Below are positions 1 through 12,870 of a stretch of DNA of 64,000 nt, piece by piece. This stretch comes from Octopus vulgaris (lineage: Eukaryota). Numbering within the stretch: position 1 is the first letter of the stretch; each line of letters opens with the position of its first letter. The translations under genes were made by a program, and so were the position numbers. The stretch lies in NCBI GenBank assembly GCA_951406725.2, contig OX597833.1, forward strand, positions 51,460,001 through 51,524,000. Reading direction: 5' to 3'. The notes below the pieces were generated by a model. The model was not told the origin of the DNA. It did not search any database and saw only the letters and a list, made by a program, of their open reading frames with translations.

Positions 1-80
1 TGTATATATGCATATATATATGTGTGTGTGTGTGCGTGTGTATGTAAAACACACATGCATACATAGACATATATATATCT

Positions 81-121
<41 letters not shown>

Positions 122-133
122 TATATATGTATG

Positions 134-206
<73 letters not shown>

Positions 207-456
207 GTATAAACTTGTACGTATGTTTATCGCATAAATTTACTCTCTCTCTCACTTTCTTTGCAGTAGTATTTGTGTGTGAAACTGAAGAAATATCCAC
301 CCACGGACCTATACACAAAACACAGCTTTTGTGTTCGGTAGTTCTTTGGGTACTTTTGAGTGCAAATAAGAAATTGTCTGTAATTGTGATTATATTCCAA
401 CTTCAGTTCCTCAAACATTTACATCTGGACATGCAATCTGTGGTTTATATACATAC

Positions 457-487
<31 letters not shown>

Positions 488-488
488 C

Positions 489-573
<85 letters not shown>

Positions 574-770
574 TACATATATACATATATGCATATATAT
601 ATATATATATCTGTATGTATATATGAATCTATATACGTGTATATATACATATGTATATGTATACACAAATTTATGAGCGTGTATACATGACGATATATGT
701 GTGTGTGTGTGTGTAAAAACTTATGTATATTATATGTATTCATATACGGTGTATGTGTGTTTGTGGCTAA

Positions 771-836
<66 letters not shown>

Positions 837-863
837 TAGCCACAAACACACATACACCATATA

Positions 864-900
<37 letters not shown>

Positions 901-1642
901 TTAGCCACAAACACACATACACCATATATGAATATATATATATATATATATATATATAGATCCGTGCATGTGTGTGCATATACATATATATATACATTCA
1001 TGCAAACACTAATATGGGTGGGGTGTACTACAGTTTTCATTCTCTAAGTTTCTGTATGCGTATTTATTACATTTTCGGGCTTATACCCGTTACACCCCCT
1101 CACACTATCTCACTCCCGCTCTCTCATACCCTCACTCACTCACACACACACACTCTCTCTCTCTCTTCCTCTGTCTCCCTCTTTCTTTCTCCTCCTCCCT
1201 TCCTTTTCATTTCCCTTGTGCATGAATATATTTTTTATATATATGCATTCTTTTGTGTGTGTTTGTGTGCGTGTGTGTGTGTATGTGTGTGCATGTTTGT
1301 GTATGCTTGTGCGTCTATGCACAAACACACGCACTCACACACACACACACACACACGCACGCACGCACACACACACATATATATATATAATGAGAGAGAG
1401 ACGTATGTATGTATATATGCATGTATGTATGTACGGATGTATATAAATAAGTATGCATGTGTGTATATATATATATATATATATATGTGCTCATATATAT
1501 ATATGTGCTTATATGCAAAAGTACGTACATATGTATGTATATGTGTATAAATGCATACATATATAAGTATATATATGTGAGTATAATATATATATGAGTA
1601 TAATTTATATATGTACGTGTGAATTATGTATATATACACATA

Positions 1643-1685
<43 letters not shown>

Positions 1686-1959
1686 GCGTGCGCGTGTGTG
1701 TGGCTGCATGTGCGTGCCTGTATATTTGTTTGCACATGTGTGTGTTTTGTGTGTATGTGAGTATTTTCATGCATACGTGCGTAAGTGAGTGCGCACGTTT
1801 GTGCGTGCGTGCGTGCGTGCATATGAAGTGTTTTTATGATTATCAATGTGTGAGTGATTGGGTGTGAAAAAAAAAAGCGAAAAAAAAAACAAAAACAAAA
1901 ACAAAAAAAATATTTTTCGTAAAAGGAAACTTGTTGGAGGATCAGTTTTTTGTGTGTGC

Positions 1960-2007
<48 letters not shown>

Positions 2008-2010
2008 TGT
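1..2010. repeat. Microsatellite-rich block: (TA)n, (TG)n, (CA)n, (CT)n with short unique islands
   Basis: Directly visible dinucleotide runs; they explain the YIYI/HTHT ORFs. Confidence 0.95.
738..933. repeat. ~37-bp segment present once forward and twice inverted around (TA)n runs
   Basis: attcatatacggtgtatgtgtgtttgtggctaagaat (738-775) is the near reverse complement of 831-868 and 897-933 (cttagccacaaacacacatacaccatatatgaat). Confidence 0.9.
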
Positions 2011-2260
2011 GGGAAGGGTGGAGTTAAGTTAGCTACCATAAGTTACCAAATAAGTTGCAAGCCCAGTAGGAAAGACTCATATACCATTCTTCTTTCATAT
2101 CGCTTCCGACACTGTTAATATCGAAAGCATTTGTCGAGCGAGAGTGCAAAGGTTGAAGTGTGTTTGTGTAAGAACACATGGTATAACGACTAATGCAACA
2201 TCTGGACAACAAATCTAGATTTGCCAGTAAAAAGAATTGTGATATATGCATCATATTATT

Positions 2261-2339
<79 letters not shown>

Positions 2340-2403
2340 CTCTCTCTCTGCGGCCATCTTTGCTGCTGCTGCGGAATTCCGCCTGCTTGTCATTATCTAA
2401 CAC

Positions 2404-2451
<48 letters not shown>

Positions 2452-2659
2452 CTCCCTCTCTCTCGTTTACCTTCTTTCTCTGTTTTTTTTTCTCCCTCTC
2501 TTTTCCTATCTTGCGCTTTCTCTTTCTCTTTCTCTCCCTCGCTTTCGCTCCCACTTTGTGTGTACGTTAGTGTGTGTGTGTGCTTGTTCATGTGTGTATG
2601 TGTGTGTGTATTCAAACATATATATATATATATATATATTATTATATATATATTATATG

Positions 2660-2690
<31 letters not shown>

Positions 2691-2715
2691 GTATATATAT
2701 ATATGTATATATGTA

Positions 2716-2783
<68 letters not shown>

Positions 2784-2912
2784 TACATATTTACACATAC
2801 TCATGTATGAAAGTATGCGATAATGAATGTAAATATAGACACACACACACACACACATATACAGATCTATAAATATGTATATACATAAATGTGTACGTAT
2901 GAATATTTATAA

Positions 2913-2967
<55 letters not shown>

Positions 2968-2992
2968 TGTGTGTGTGCGTGTTCTCGTATTC

Positions 2993-3430
2993 ATTTATAC
3001 TTTTACCAGTTTCTTCTCAAGAGGTGTGGCCAAGCTGGGGCACCGCTGTTTAGTTTTGCTTCACGTTCATTCGTTGAAACATTCTCTGATGTGTGACATT
3101 TGGTGAATGAGAGAGTTTGATGTTGCTGTCCTCATTTGCGTTTCCTGTCGAGGGTAGTTTCATCTGGAATTCTTGGCAGGATGAGAACCAGTTTTGTTTT
3201 GAAGATACCTATATCCACACCATGTAGGTCTCAGGCTTTTTAGGAGGATATTGAAGAGTTCTGAACCACCCTTGAAGCCCAAGCTGTCACACTAGCTGGT
3301 CCTGTATCTTGATGACGAAGTTGGGACCTTTGTCACTATGCAGTCCCGTACCATTCTCGTGTTTGTGTAAACTCCCATACCAAAATTTGGAGCAAGCACT
3401 TCCAAGATTTTCCAGAAGCATAACACGCAT
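2993..3430 (-). mobile_element. CR1/L2-group LINE 3' end (decayed ORF2 C-terminus plus tail)
   Basis: Minus-strand translation WKILEVLAPNFG...VPTSSSRYRTS*CDSLGFKG..ELFNIL..DLHGVDIGIFKTKL..IPDE resembles CR1-group ORF2 C-termini; stops present; 3' tail at 2993-3053. Confidence 0.75.
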
Positions 3431-3468
3431 AAACATACATGTGGGCAAGTAAATAGATACGTATGTAA

Positions 3469-3519
<51 letters not shown>

Positions 3520-4100
3520 TGTGTTGGAGTATGTATCCAACTGGGTAAAACTACTTGATACTCTGAAGTATAGAATCTATCAAAACCTTCAAGAATTGTA
3601 TTGAATTTTTTTCTATCCTACAGGTTGCTCTTGTTGTGTAGCCCCAAGTGAGCCCTCATCAAGCGCTCATAAAGCTCACTTTTTTTTTTCTGGCGAATTA
3701 CAGTGCCTGCTTCTCCGATCCATTTCCCTTCTCATATCCTGTACACGTATTTACGTATTTTTTTTTAGTTTTAAATTATTGAGAATTTAGAATTTTCCAG
3801 TAAATGGTATATTACACCTAGTTTATTTCTTATTTTCACTGCTAAAATACATATTGTTATTTTCACCGCTAAAATACATTTTTCTATCTATTTATTCTAT
3901 AGTTATTATTTACGTCATGTTTTCACGTGATAAAAATCTTAGAAACGCTAGGTTCTAAGTTTAACGTTTAAAATTTTAGTTAACTGATATTCTTCAATAA
4001 GATAAGTTGTGATATTATTTTTCATTAATATTGTTAAATTTTAATAGATTATTTATTATTAAAATATTTGTTAGAAACATACATCTATTTTATTATCTTA

Positions 4101-4217
4101 GACCTGAAGAGTGGCTATATTTTTAAATCGAACTAATTTTAAATCGAATTAATTTTAATAGTAGCGATTTTATTATTATCGATTTAAAGATATAGCCACG
4201 AAACGCGCGTAGTCGAT
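4101..4217 (+). ncRNA. Type I hammerhead ribozyme, intact core
   Basis: Helix I gac(4101-03)/gtc(4212-14); CTGAAGA 4104-4110; 21-bp helix II GTGGCTATATTTTTAAATCGA (4111-31)/TCGATTTAAAGATATAGCCAC (4179-99) with one G.U; GAAA 4200-03; palindromic helix III AC-GCGC-GT; GUA cleavage triplet ending at 4211. Confidence 0.88.
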
Positions 4218-4383
4218 TTAATGTTTATTTAATTTATTGATTTTTTTAAATAATATTTATTATAGTATATTTAATTTTTTTCTATTTAATATGGATAATG
4301 TCTTTCAATAGTGAATTTCTTAATAGGGGTTATTTCTCTTAAGTATATACATATATATACATACATTCACACATATGTACATA

Positions 4384-4443
<60 letters not shown>

Positions 4444-4539
4444 CTTACAAGCACATACATACTTGCATACATATAGATACTCATGTTTTTGTGGATGTAT
4501 GTAAATGTGTTCTGTTCTAAATGTGTATACAGGTTATTG

Positions 4540-5640
4540 TCGGGCAAATTTGATCTTCTCTATTTGTTTTAATCCATTTTCATCAACAAATCAGTCAATA
4601 ATATACTTTCTTCACTGTTTACAACATCTTGCCAACTTCCCACTCGTTTTTCAATGCCTTGGCTGTATAAATCATTGCGTTTTACGCGAAGAATTCATCG
4701 AGTCACGTTTGCAGCTCCGCGTCGTTGTAGGAACGAAACGCCTGAAAAACCACTGTTGGAGAGCGGCCGAAGAAGGCAATAATTTAAAGGCGCTCTGTCA
4801 AGACCGTATGCTGGGTGCGGTAGAACTTCCCGTCCAAATTCATGAATAGTAGTTTTTGTCAAATTAGCGACATAGGGGTGAGAGTTATCGTGTTCAAGAC
4901 GCACGCCCCGTCGCTAGATTGATCCGTTGAACCGTGGCATTTTCTAAATGTAAAGCTTTGTATTGCTTGTGAGATCGTTCTCAAGGGTTTCGGAGTGGAT
5001 TATCCCTTCCCAGTTCCAACCAAACGCAGATCATTATTTTGTGTGGATGCAGCTCTGGTTTGGCTCAAGATTTGTTTGTTTTCGAGATTCAGATATTTTC
5101 ATCTGCTTCATATTAACGTAAATGCTCCGTTTTTCATCGCTGGTAAAGAAATGCTTGTGTCAACGAGTACCCTGGTATCAAGCGAGCAAACAGGTGACAA
5201 CAGAGACGTACTGAGGATTGTCTCTTTTGCTCAGAGCGTGTGACACCCATGCAACGAATCTTCGTACCTTTCTTTAAGTTTACGGGTGACTATATCATGA
5301 GATCATCCTATCTACTGGATTAATTCTCTTATGGATTGGTGCGGATCCTCGTGGACGAGCTGGTTTAATCAATCCTCATTGAACAGAGGAGAACGCGGAG
5401 AATCTATAAGGTCCAATTTCCCGTCCTTGAAGCCTGAAAACCATTTCTGCGCATCTTTTTCCATATTAGCATATTCTCCGTACAGATCACAAATGTCTCG
5501 AGCGGCTTTCGCAGCTTTGTAATCTTGATTAAAAGCAAAGAATAGCGCCTGTTGAAAATGATCATTCTGTTGTCTACATGGCACTTCAACGTGATATGTT
5601 TGGAAAGCGTTAAAATATATTCATATCTCAAAAATGATAG
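4540..5640 (-). mobile_element. Decayed mariner (Tc1/mariner) transposase
   Basis: N-terminal HTH-like FQQALFFAFNQDYKAAKAARDICDLYGE...KWFSGFKDGKLDLIDSPRS and catalytic-region HDNSHPYVA...EVLPHPAYGLDRAP (cf. HDNARPH, HPPYSPDLAP); frameshifted. Confidence 0.85.
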
Positions 5641-5722
5641 ACAAAAGTTGAAGAGGATGAATAGAGCTTCAAAATGCCATAAAATTCTGAGAGAAAAATA
5701 TATTTTGTATTAATTCAAATAT

Positions 5723-6095
5723 GGTGCAGGTGTGGCTGTCTGTCAAGATGCTTGCTTCCCAACCACGTGGTTCCGATTCCAGCCCCACTGCGTGGCACCT
5801 TGGGCAGGTGTCTTCTACTATAGTCTTGGGCCGGCTAAGGTCTTGTGAGTGAATTTGGTTGACGGAAACAGAAAGAAGCCCATCATATATATATTTGTAT
5901 ATATTCGTGTTTGTTTCTGTGTGTTCCCCACTTCGCCGTCGCTTGACAACCGGTACTGGTGTATTTACGTCCCCGTGACCATCCTTACAAAGAATAAGTC
6001 CATAGGTTGATTTCTTCGACTAAAAGGCTATGCTCCAGCATGGTTAAAATCAAAAATTACTGAAACGAGTAAAACAATAAAAGAATAAAAGAATA
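5723..6095 (+). mobile_element. SINE family A (tRNA head, CORE-like ggcaccttgggcaag, microsatellite linker, LINE-like tail; tentatively OR2-like)
   Basis: Diverged match to many copies in the window, e.g. 34257-34698. Confidence 0.85.
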
Positions 6096-6807
6096 AATAA
6101 CATTGAGATGAAACGAACGAATTTATATGACAATCCAGTATTTTAGATATGGCATCGTGTATGGAAATATGCACGTCTTGGGCATATTTTTACGTAGAAT
6201 CCTCCATGTGTACGTGTGTGTGTGTGTGTGTGAGTGCTGTGTGTGTGTGTGTGTGTATGTGTGTGTGTGCGTGTGTGTGTGTGTGTTTTCCCTGATGATT
6301 ATATATCCGCACACATGATCCTTATCACATGGAATGGAAAAGTGCAACCAGAGTCAATAGACTTGGAAACCTGGGGAATTACTTAGCATTCTCTCTTTCT
6401 TTTTCAATCTACTACTCACTCATACGCACTCTCTCTCTCTCTCTCTCCTTTTTCTTCCCTCCTTCGTTCATCATCATTAACATCATCATCTTATTCTTTC
6501 ATTTTACTTCCTCTCTTCAATAAATTTCTACCCCCTCTCCCCCTCCCTTTCTCTCTCTTTCTCTCCAGATACACATAAACACACATGTTGTTACCCCCAT
6601 GCTTTATACTTTCTAATATGTGTGTGTGCGTGCGTGTACGTGTGCGCGGGTGTGTGTTACAGGAGTGTGTGTTTGCGATCACGAGTGCATATCCTAAAAT
6701 AAACGAACACTTCCAACCACTTGTGCTAATAGTACATTCCAATTCCGACAAGCCGGAGGTACAGGGTTAGTTTAAGTAGGAGTTGTTAATTTTTAGCTGT
6801 TTATAGT

Positions 6808-7126
6808 AGTTGTTTGTTTGTTCTTTCTCGAGCCATACCTGGCTCATAAGGGCCGGTTTCCCGGCTTCCTTGGCGTACAGGTTTCCCACCTGGACGGGAC
6901 GCCGGTCCGTCACAGGTGAGCTGCAAGATGCAGGAGGAAAGAGTGAGAGAAAGTTGTGGCGATAGAGTCAGCAGAAGTTCGCCATTCCCTACTGCCGGAG
7001 CCGCGTGGAGCTTAGGTGTTTCGCTCATAAACACACACATCGCCCGGTCTGAGATTCTAACCCGCGATCCCCCGACCGCGAGTCCACTGCTCTAACCACT
7101 CTAACCACTAAGCCATGTGCCTCCAC
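6808..7126 (-). mobile_element. SINE family C head with tail type 3 (ggcgtcccgtccag...gaaaccggccc)
   Basis: tRNA-like A/B boxes; near-identical to 58146-58442; imperfect TSD agctgtttatag/agctttttatag. Confidence 0.85.
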
Positions 7127-7342
7127 AGCTTTTTATAGGGCTCTCTACCAATTGCTACTAAGTTATTAATCTACCATCCGAGAAATCAAAGTTAACTGCA
7201 ATAAATTCAGAACTTTTCTTATTCGCCTTCCTTCACATATATCCCGCTAGCCACTCTGATATCTTTCTCTTAGCTCCTCTGCTGAAAATAAGATGGGACA
7301 CTTGCTTTGCTGATGACGATTATTTAGGCAGAAACATATATT

Positions 7343-7562
7343 TAAGGCAGCGAGCTAGCAGAAGCGTTAGCACGCCGAGCGAAATGCTTAGCGGTATTTC
7401 GTCTGCCGCTACGTTCTGAGTTCAAATTCCGCTACGGTCGACTTTGCCTTTCATCCCTTCAGAGTTGATTAAATAAGTACCCGTTACGCACTGGGGTCGA
7501 TATAATCGACTTAAACCGTTTGTCCCCTCGGTGTGTAGCCCCTTGTGGGCAGTAAAGAAATA
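7343..7562 (+). mobile_element. SINE family B (ggcggcgagctggcagaa head, gactttgcctttcatcctttcggggtcgat body; tentatively OK-like)
   Basis: Multi-copy in the window; 13-bp TSD agaaacatatatt at 7330-7342 and 7563-7575. Confidence 0.9.
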
Positions 7563-7749
7563 AGAAACATATATTCACAGCTGCCTTCTTGTCTTGAGAC
7601 AGTCATATTTCTTTTTGTCAATGGCATATCAATTTAGGTATCAATGCTTTATGAAACTATCTTATCGAGTTTTTTGGAGTTGGTCCCAATTGACACAAAA
7701 CGACTATACTACTCTTTCTGAAAGCGGGTTTTAAGAAAATGAAAAATAT

Positions 7750-8090
7750 ACGAGGTGGTATCAAAAAGTTCCAAGACTAGTAATGTTTAATAAAAGATAG
7801 CCTACTAAAGTATTGCGCAGCAATACACCGGCCCCAGCGTTCCTGCTACTTCTCCAATCCGGCCTGGAAGTCGTTTTCCGTAAGCGAGTCGAGGATCCTT
7901 CTGTGGTTCGCTCCGGATCTCGACAACGGTGACCTTTGAACTGCATTTTCCTTTTGGAGAAGAGATGAAAGTCCGCAGGTGCTAGATCTGGTGAATATGG
8001 AGGATACGAAAGCGATACCATGATCCTTTTGGCGAGAAACTCACGAGTAAAGGGAGCTCGGTGACAGGGTGCATTACCGCTGTAAAGAAT
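7750..8090 (-). mobile_element. Mariner 3' fragment with one TIR
   Basis: YPPYSPDLAPADFHLFSK motif; TA + cgaggtggtatcaaaaagttcc terminus at 7750, reverse copy of the same TIR at ~36921-36952. Confidence 0.85.
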
Positions 8091-8096
8091 CTAGTT

Positions 8097-8357
8097 CTGG
8101 GGTCGATCTAATCGACTACCCCGTCCCCCAAAAATTCAGGCCTTGTGCTTAGAGTAGAAAAGATATGCTTAGCCGTATTTTGCCCGACGTTACGTTCTGT
8201 GTTCAAATTCCGCCGAGGTCGACTTTGCCTTTCATCCTTTTGGGGTCAATAAATTAAGTATCAGTGAAACACTAGGGTTGATGTAAACGACCCATCGCCT
8301 CCCCCAAAATGGCTACCGTTGTGGCAAAATTTGAAACTGAAAGAAGCCCGTCATATA

Positions 8358-8431
<74 letters not shown>

Positions 8432-8630
8432 CACTGCTTGAAATCTGGTGTTTGTTTTATTTACTTTCCGTAACTTAGAGGTTCGGCAAAAGCGACCAGT
8501 AGAATAAGTGCCAGGCCTCAAAAATTTACTGGGATCGATTCGTTCGGTTAAAATTCTCCAAGGCGGTGCCCCAGCATGACCGCAGTCTATTAACCGAAGC
8601 ACGTATATGTGTCGAGCGAAAGAGAGTATC
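8097..8630 (+). mobile_element. SINE B fragments followed by SINE A 3' half
   Basis: Matches to family B body/tail and to the family A linker and tail. Confidence 0.75.
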
Positions 8631-9149
8631 AAGTAATATTATCAAGATATCATATTAATAATTTTCGTTAAAATTTCAATATTTTTTTTTTTATAATAGC
8701 TACAAGTAAACAGAAAGAGAAGATACGAGGAATTTGTATCTCAAGTCGAAAACTGAAATTTTTTCCAACACCGTATTCTTTCTTACTTTCTCTTCTCTTT
8801 GTCCGTTTGGTAGAAGTGAAGCCACGTTTCAGGAGATATTTTTAGAAACAGAGAACTCTGTCTGGCCATATCTGAAACACACCAACTAACTGGTGAACTT
8901 GTGAGGTCTTTGGCAGTCCTCGGTGACACTCGCTAGAAACGCCTATTGATTGACACGATGTTTGTTGGTACGAAGGTTATTTCTGCAGAAGCAATTGACA
9001 TAATATATACTCAAGGCTTAACTGATCTGTCATAAGAAGGACAGCCCACTGTCGAAGCGGGTTTAGAATAATAAAAACTGTGTGGTAAATGATGTTAGGA
9101 AACCTGCCATTGTATTTAGCTCCTGCCATTTATTTAAATTACCCATATT

Positions 9150-9780
9150 TGGACGCTAGTAATGAGAGTTCGGTTTCAACTAAAAAGCAATGAACCTAAT
9201 AGTACGACTATTAGAAATACGACTAGGAGAAATACATATTTAAAAATTAAGCTTCCAGGTGAATATATTTGGTTGAAATTATTGGCATTTACTTGCAATG
9301 ATCTCCGACAGGGAAGAAAAACAATCCAGTTATATCCCAATGGTGCTTAACCGCACTTAAGGATAAACCAAGAAAAAACTTTAAAAATATTATTTCGAAG
9401 AATATGATGGAAGCAGTGGACGTATGTCTTCGGTATTGCAGTAATGGTAATTAATTTCTTCTGAGCTGCTCTTTTATAAATCATACAGTAATGTGAGAGG
9501 TATATGGGATATGCTCCCATTCAGTATTAATTCTCTGAAGGCAAAAACCAATAGAGAGGTCTGACGGTAATTCTTAGCGTTATATAATTGTCTGCGTTGT
9601 TCAATCAGTTGATTCAGTTATAAATTTATAGAGCGCAAAAAAAAAAAGCTTCTTCTAAGCAAACAACTCTAGACTTGATTTTTAAAAAGAAATCTACAAG
9701 TCCGTCTACGAGTGCTTGTGAATCGGCGAGTGAAAGTGATTCAGAAAACGATAATAATGAAGATGGCTTTTTTTATTATA
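9150..9780 (+). mobile_element. Possible highly decayed pogo-like DDE transposase remnant
   Basis: Fragments resembling V.I.DNLS.H..V and an acidic C-terminus (ESASESDSENDNNEDG); many stops; read by eye only. Confidence 0.3.
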
Positions 9781-10602
9781 AATGATCTTGACATACATTT
9801 TACTTTACTTGAAAAATTCTTTACATCCTACAGTTGTTTTATTGCCATTTATTTACGAATATTATAACTTTTATAGCTAATATATTTTCCTGGGAACGAA
9901 TTACGATTCATATCGTGGCTATTTTGGGAAATTATTGCTCAGCTTTACGAGTCGTCTTCGGGGACAAATTAACTCGTATATCGAGACATTACCGTATTCT
10001 TTATTTTTCTTCAGTTGTCTTAATCGTATTGCGTGTTTTCAGTGCAATACTCGAGCTATCCTCATTTATGTGTCTTCAACCTCTTCAGTGTTTTGTTTAG
10101 GGATCACGTTTCCCTAACGTATTAAAAGTACTCTATATAATGTCTGTTTCATCCATAGGGATGCTACTTTCTATAGACTTTGCATATTTGTCAATCCTGG
10201 AGTTTACAAACATATTTGTTCGCGTTTTGTAGAAATTCTCAAGATATACATTATCACACCATATTTTTTTTCTATTTTCAGTAACAATCCTCTCGCTTAT
10301 CTTCATTTACAGATATTTTATATTTTGATAATTTCTCTTTTTCTTTGAAGGATGCATTATCTTCTGATGGGATTGATACACTGATTAGCACTCACCTCCT
10401 TCGCAGGATTTGCTTGATAAAATATACAGCATTTATTTTTATCACTCTATCCATGTGGATTGACATATCCCAGATTACGGTCTGTTTGTAATTTATCAAT
10501 ATTTTTTTCGGGCACATGCTTATATCATGAAGACGCGTGAGCTAGTGGTCAGGGTGTTGTGCTTCCGTGAACGTGGTTTTAATTCTCGGTCTTGGCGATG
10601 CG

Positions 10603-10669
<67 letters not shown>

Positions 10670-10715
10670 TGTGTGTGTGTGTGTGAATGTATGTATGCAT
10701 ATATATATATATATA

Positions 10716-10923
10716 GTGTAATAAATAAAATATATGCATACATACAAACATATATGTACGTACCTACATCTACATGTATATATACATGCATATATAAATA
10801 TATATACGTGAGTACAGGACACCACAACTAGACGTAGAACTCAACGAGAAATGAAAACGGAGAAACCATTTTTTTACAACAGAAAAACAGAGTACAGGGC
10901 ATACTACACAAGGAAAATCCCCT
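10716..10923. repeat. Unclassified ~208-bp dispersed repeat embedded in (TA)n (copy 1)
   Basis: Near-identical to 45561-45769, same orientation and nearly the same ends. Confidence 0.9.
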
Positions 10924-10946
10924 ATATATATATATATTTAAGGCGT

Positions 10947-11243
10947 GTGGAGGCGCAATGGCCCAGTGGTTAGGGCAGTGGAGTCGCGATCGTAGGATCG
11001 CGGTTTCCATTCCGGGCGTTGTGAGTGTTTATTGAGCGAAAACACCTAAAAGCTCCACGAGGCTCCGGCAAGGGGTGGTGATCTCTGCTGTACTCTTTCA
11101 CCACTCTTTCTCCGACTCTTTCTTCTGTTGGCCTGCTCGCTTAGCCAGCGGGGTGGCGTCATTCAAAGGCTAAAAACAATGCGAACGCATTGTGACCAGC
11201 GATGTGTAACAACATCTGATGGTCTGGTCGGTCACGTGATCAC
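10947..11243 (+). mobile_element. SINE family C (gtggaggcgcaatggcccagtggttaggg tRNA-like head; tentatively OR1-like), tail type 1
   Basis: A box tggcccagtgg and degenerate B box; same tail as 16629-16925. Confidence 0.88.
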
Positions 11244-11436
11244 ATTTATATTTATATAAATAAACATTTATATAGATATTATTATTATTGTTTATTGTTA
11301 TTATTGTCTGCGGTAAATATAAGTAATTGACAATAACAACAACAATAATATAGGTCGCTGCAGTTCTCTGTTGTAGTTTTCAGTGTTACTGGTGGTTTAT
11401 ATGGGGGTTTTAACTCCACTTTCTATGATGAATATG

Positions 11437-11502
<66 letters not shown>

Positions 11503-11503
<1 letters not shown>

Positions 11504-12009
11504 TAGCAGTATCGCCTGGCGTTGCTCGGGTTTGTAAGGGAAATAACTATATAAGCATTTTTAGAGAGTTACTTCCCTTATAAATTCGGGCTTTCTTAGC
11601 CATTTTTGTTTTGGTGTCTTCAAGCCATGAAGTCGTTGTTCTAAAAGAACGCTGGTTTCCTTCACAACGCATTACGACGTTGATTTCTTTACACTCCCTT
11701 CCCCACAGCTTCACGAGGGAGGGAAGGAGGAGAAGCAAACAGGTGCAGCTGTGAGCGTGACGCCAACTCCGCCGCCATCGACACACGATGCATTTTATGC
11801 ATTAAAATGGAATAAAAAATGATGTTAAATTATTTTTAAAATCGTAGACTCATCGTTGACGCGCGCTAATATATGTCAGACGGCTCGATATGCATCACGA
11901 CTATAAGATACCCGAATTTGGTTAAACTGCACCGCAAAATGTGGGAGGAGTTAGGAATCTAAATCGAAGGGGACAGATACTCACACAACTAGAGTTTTAT
12001 ATATATAGA
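11503..12009 (-). mobile_element. Non-autonomous Helitron
   Basis: On the minus strand: 5' TC, 3' CTAG, subterminal hairpin cccgagcaacgccagg, A|T target; homologous to 38107-38615 and 52435-52998. Confidence 0.9.
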
Positions 12010-12019
12010 TATATATATT

Positions 12020-12051
<32 letters not shown>

Positions 12052-12226
12052 TGTATGTATATCTGTGTGTGTGTATATACACAGAGATACATACATGCTG
12101 GCGTAGTTAACGGTGGTAGCAACAAAGAATGAAAATATATAAGCATGCTAACACCCAAGTTGACACTATAAAAAAAAAGTTACCATAATATATGTGCACT
12201 CGTGTATGTCATCTTGCGTATGTGTG

Positions 12227-12278
<52 letters not shown>

Positions 12279-12491
12279 TACGTGCGTGCTTATTGAAACA
12301 AAGATTAATTAAATGGATAAATATTTCGTATTTAAACGGAAAATGCATGTGCGTGACATTTAAGCAAAGTTATACAGAATGATACAGCGACGCATGTCAG
12401 AAAACGTATCGCGGTACCCGTTGGAATGTATATTAGATGTAGACCAAAAATTTGAATTATCGAATTGAATCAGCTCTGTATCAAAAGTTTT

Positions 12492-12870
12492 AGGCGCAGG
12501 CGTAGGTGTATGGTAAAACGTTTGTTTCCTATCCACATGGTTCCGCACTGAGTTCCTTCTATAGCTTGGGATCGACTAAAACCTCGTGAGTGGATTTGGT
12601 AGACGGAAACTGGAAGAAGCCTGTGGTATATGTGTGTGCATGTGTGTGCGTGAGTGCATGTATTTGTGTCTGTTTTTGTCCCCCAGAGTCGCTTGAAAAC
12701 TGCTGTCGCTATGTTTACGTCCCCGTAACTCAGAGGTTCGGCAAAACAGAACGATGCAATAATTGCAGGCTTTACAAAGGAATAAGCACTAGTATCGATT
12801 CATTCAACTAAAATTTTTGAAGGTTGTGCCCAGCATGGCCGCAGTCAAATGACTGAAGCAAATAAAAGAT
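12492..12870 (+). mobile_element. Old SINE family A copy
   Basis: Diverged head, linker and tail (cagcatggccgcagtcaaatgactgaa). Confidence 0.8.

Noticed and set aside
250-440. Minus-strand frame [18 protein letters not shown]... as a selenoprotein exon
   Set aside because: No recognisable selenoprotein motif or SECIS; a single TGA in a short frame is expected by chance.
2350-2362. YY1-like motif cggccatctt as a promoter mark
   Set aside because: A single short motif with no independent evidence of a transcription start.
7305-7342. CTGATGA...GAAACATAT hammerhead-like motif at a SINE insertion site
   Set aside because: Helix II does not pair and the cleavage-side G is missing; too degenerate to call.
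10947-11020. tRNA genes at SINE heads
   Set aside because: A/B boxes are present but no complete cloverleaf is evident, and each continues into a SINE body.
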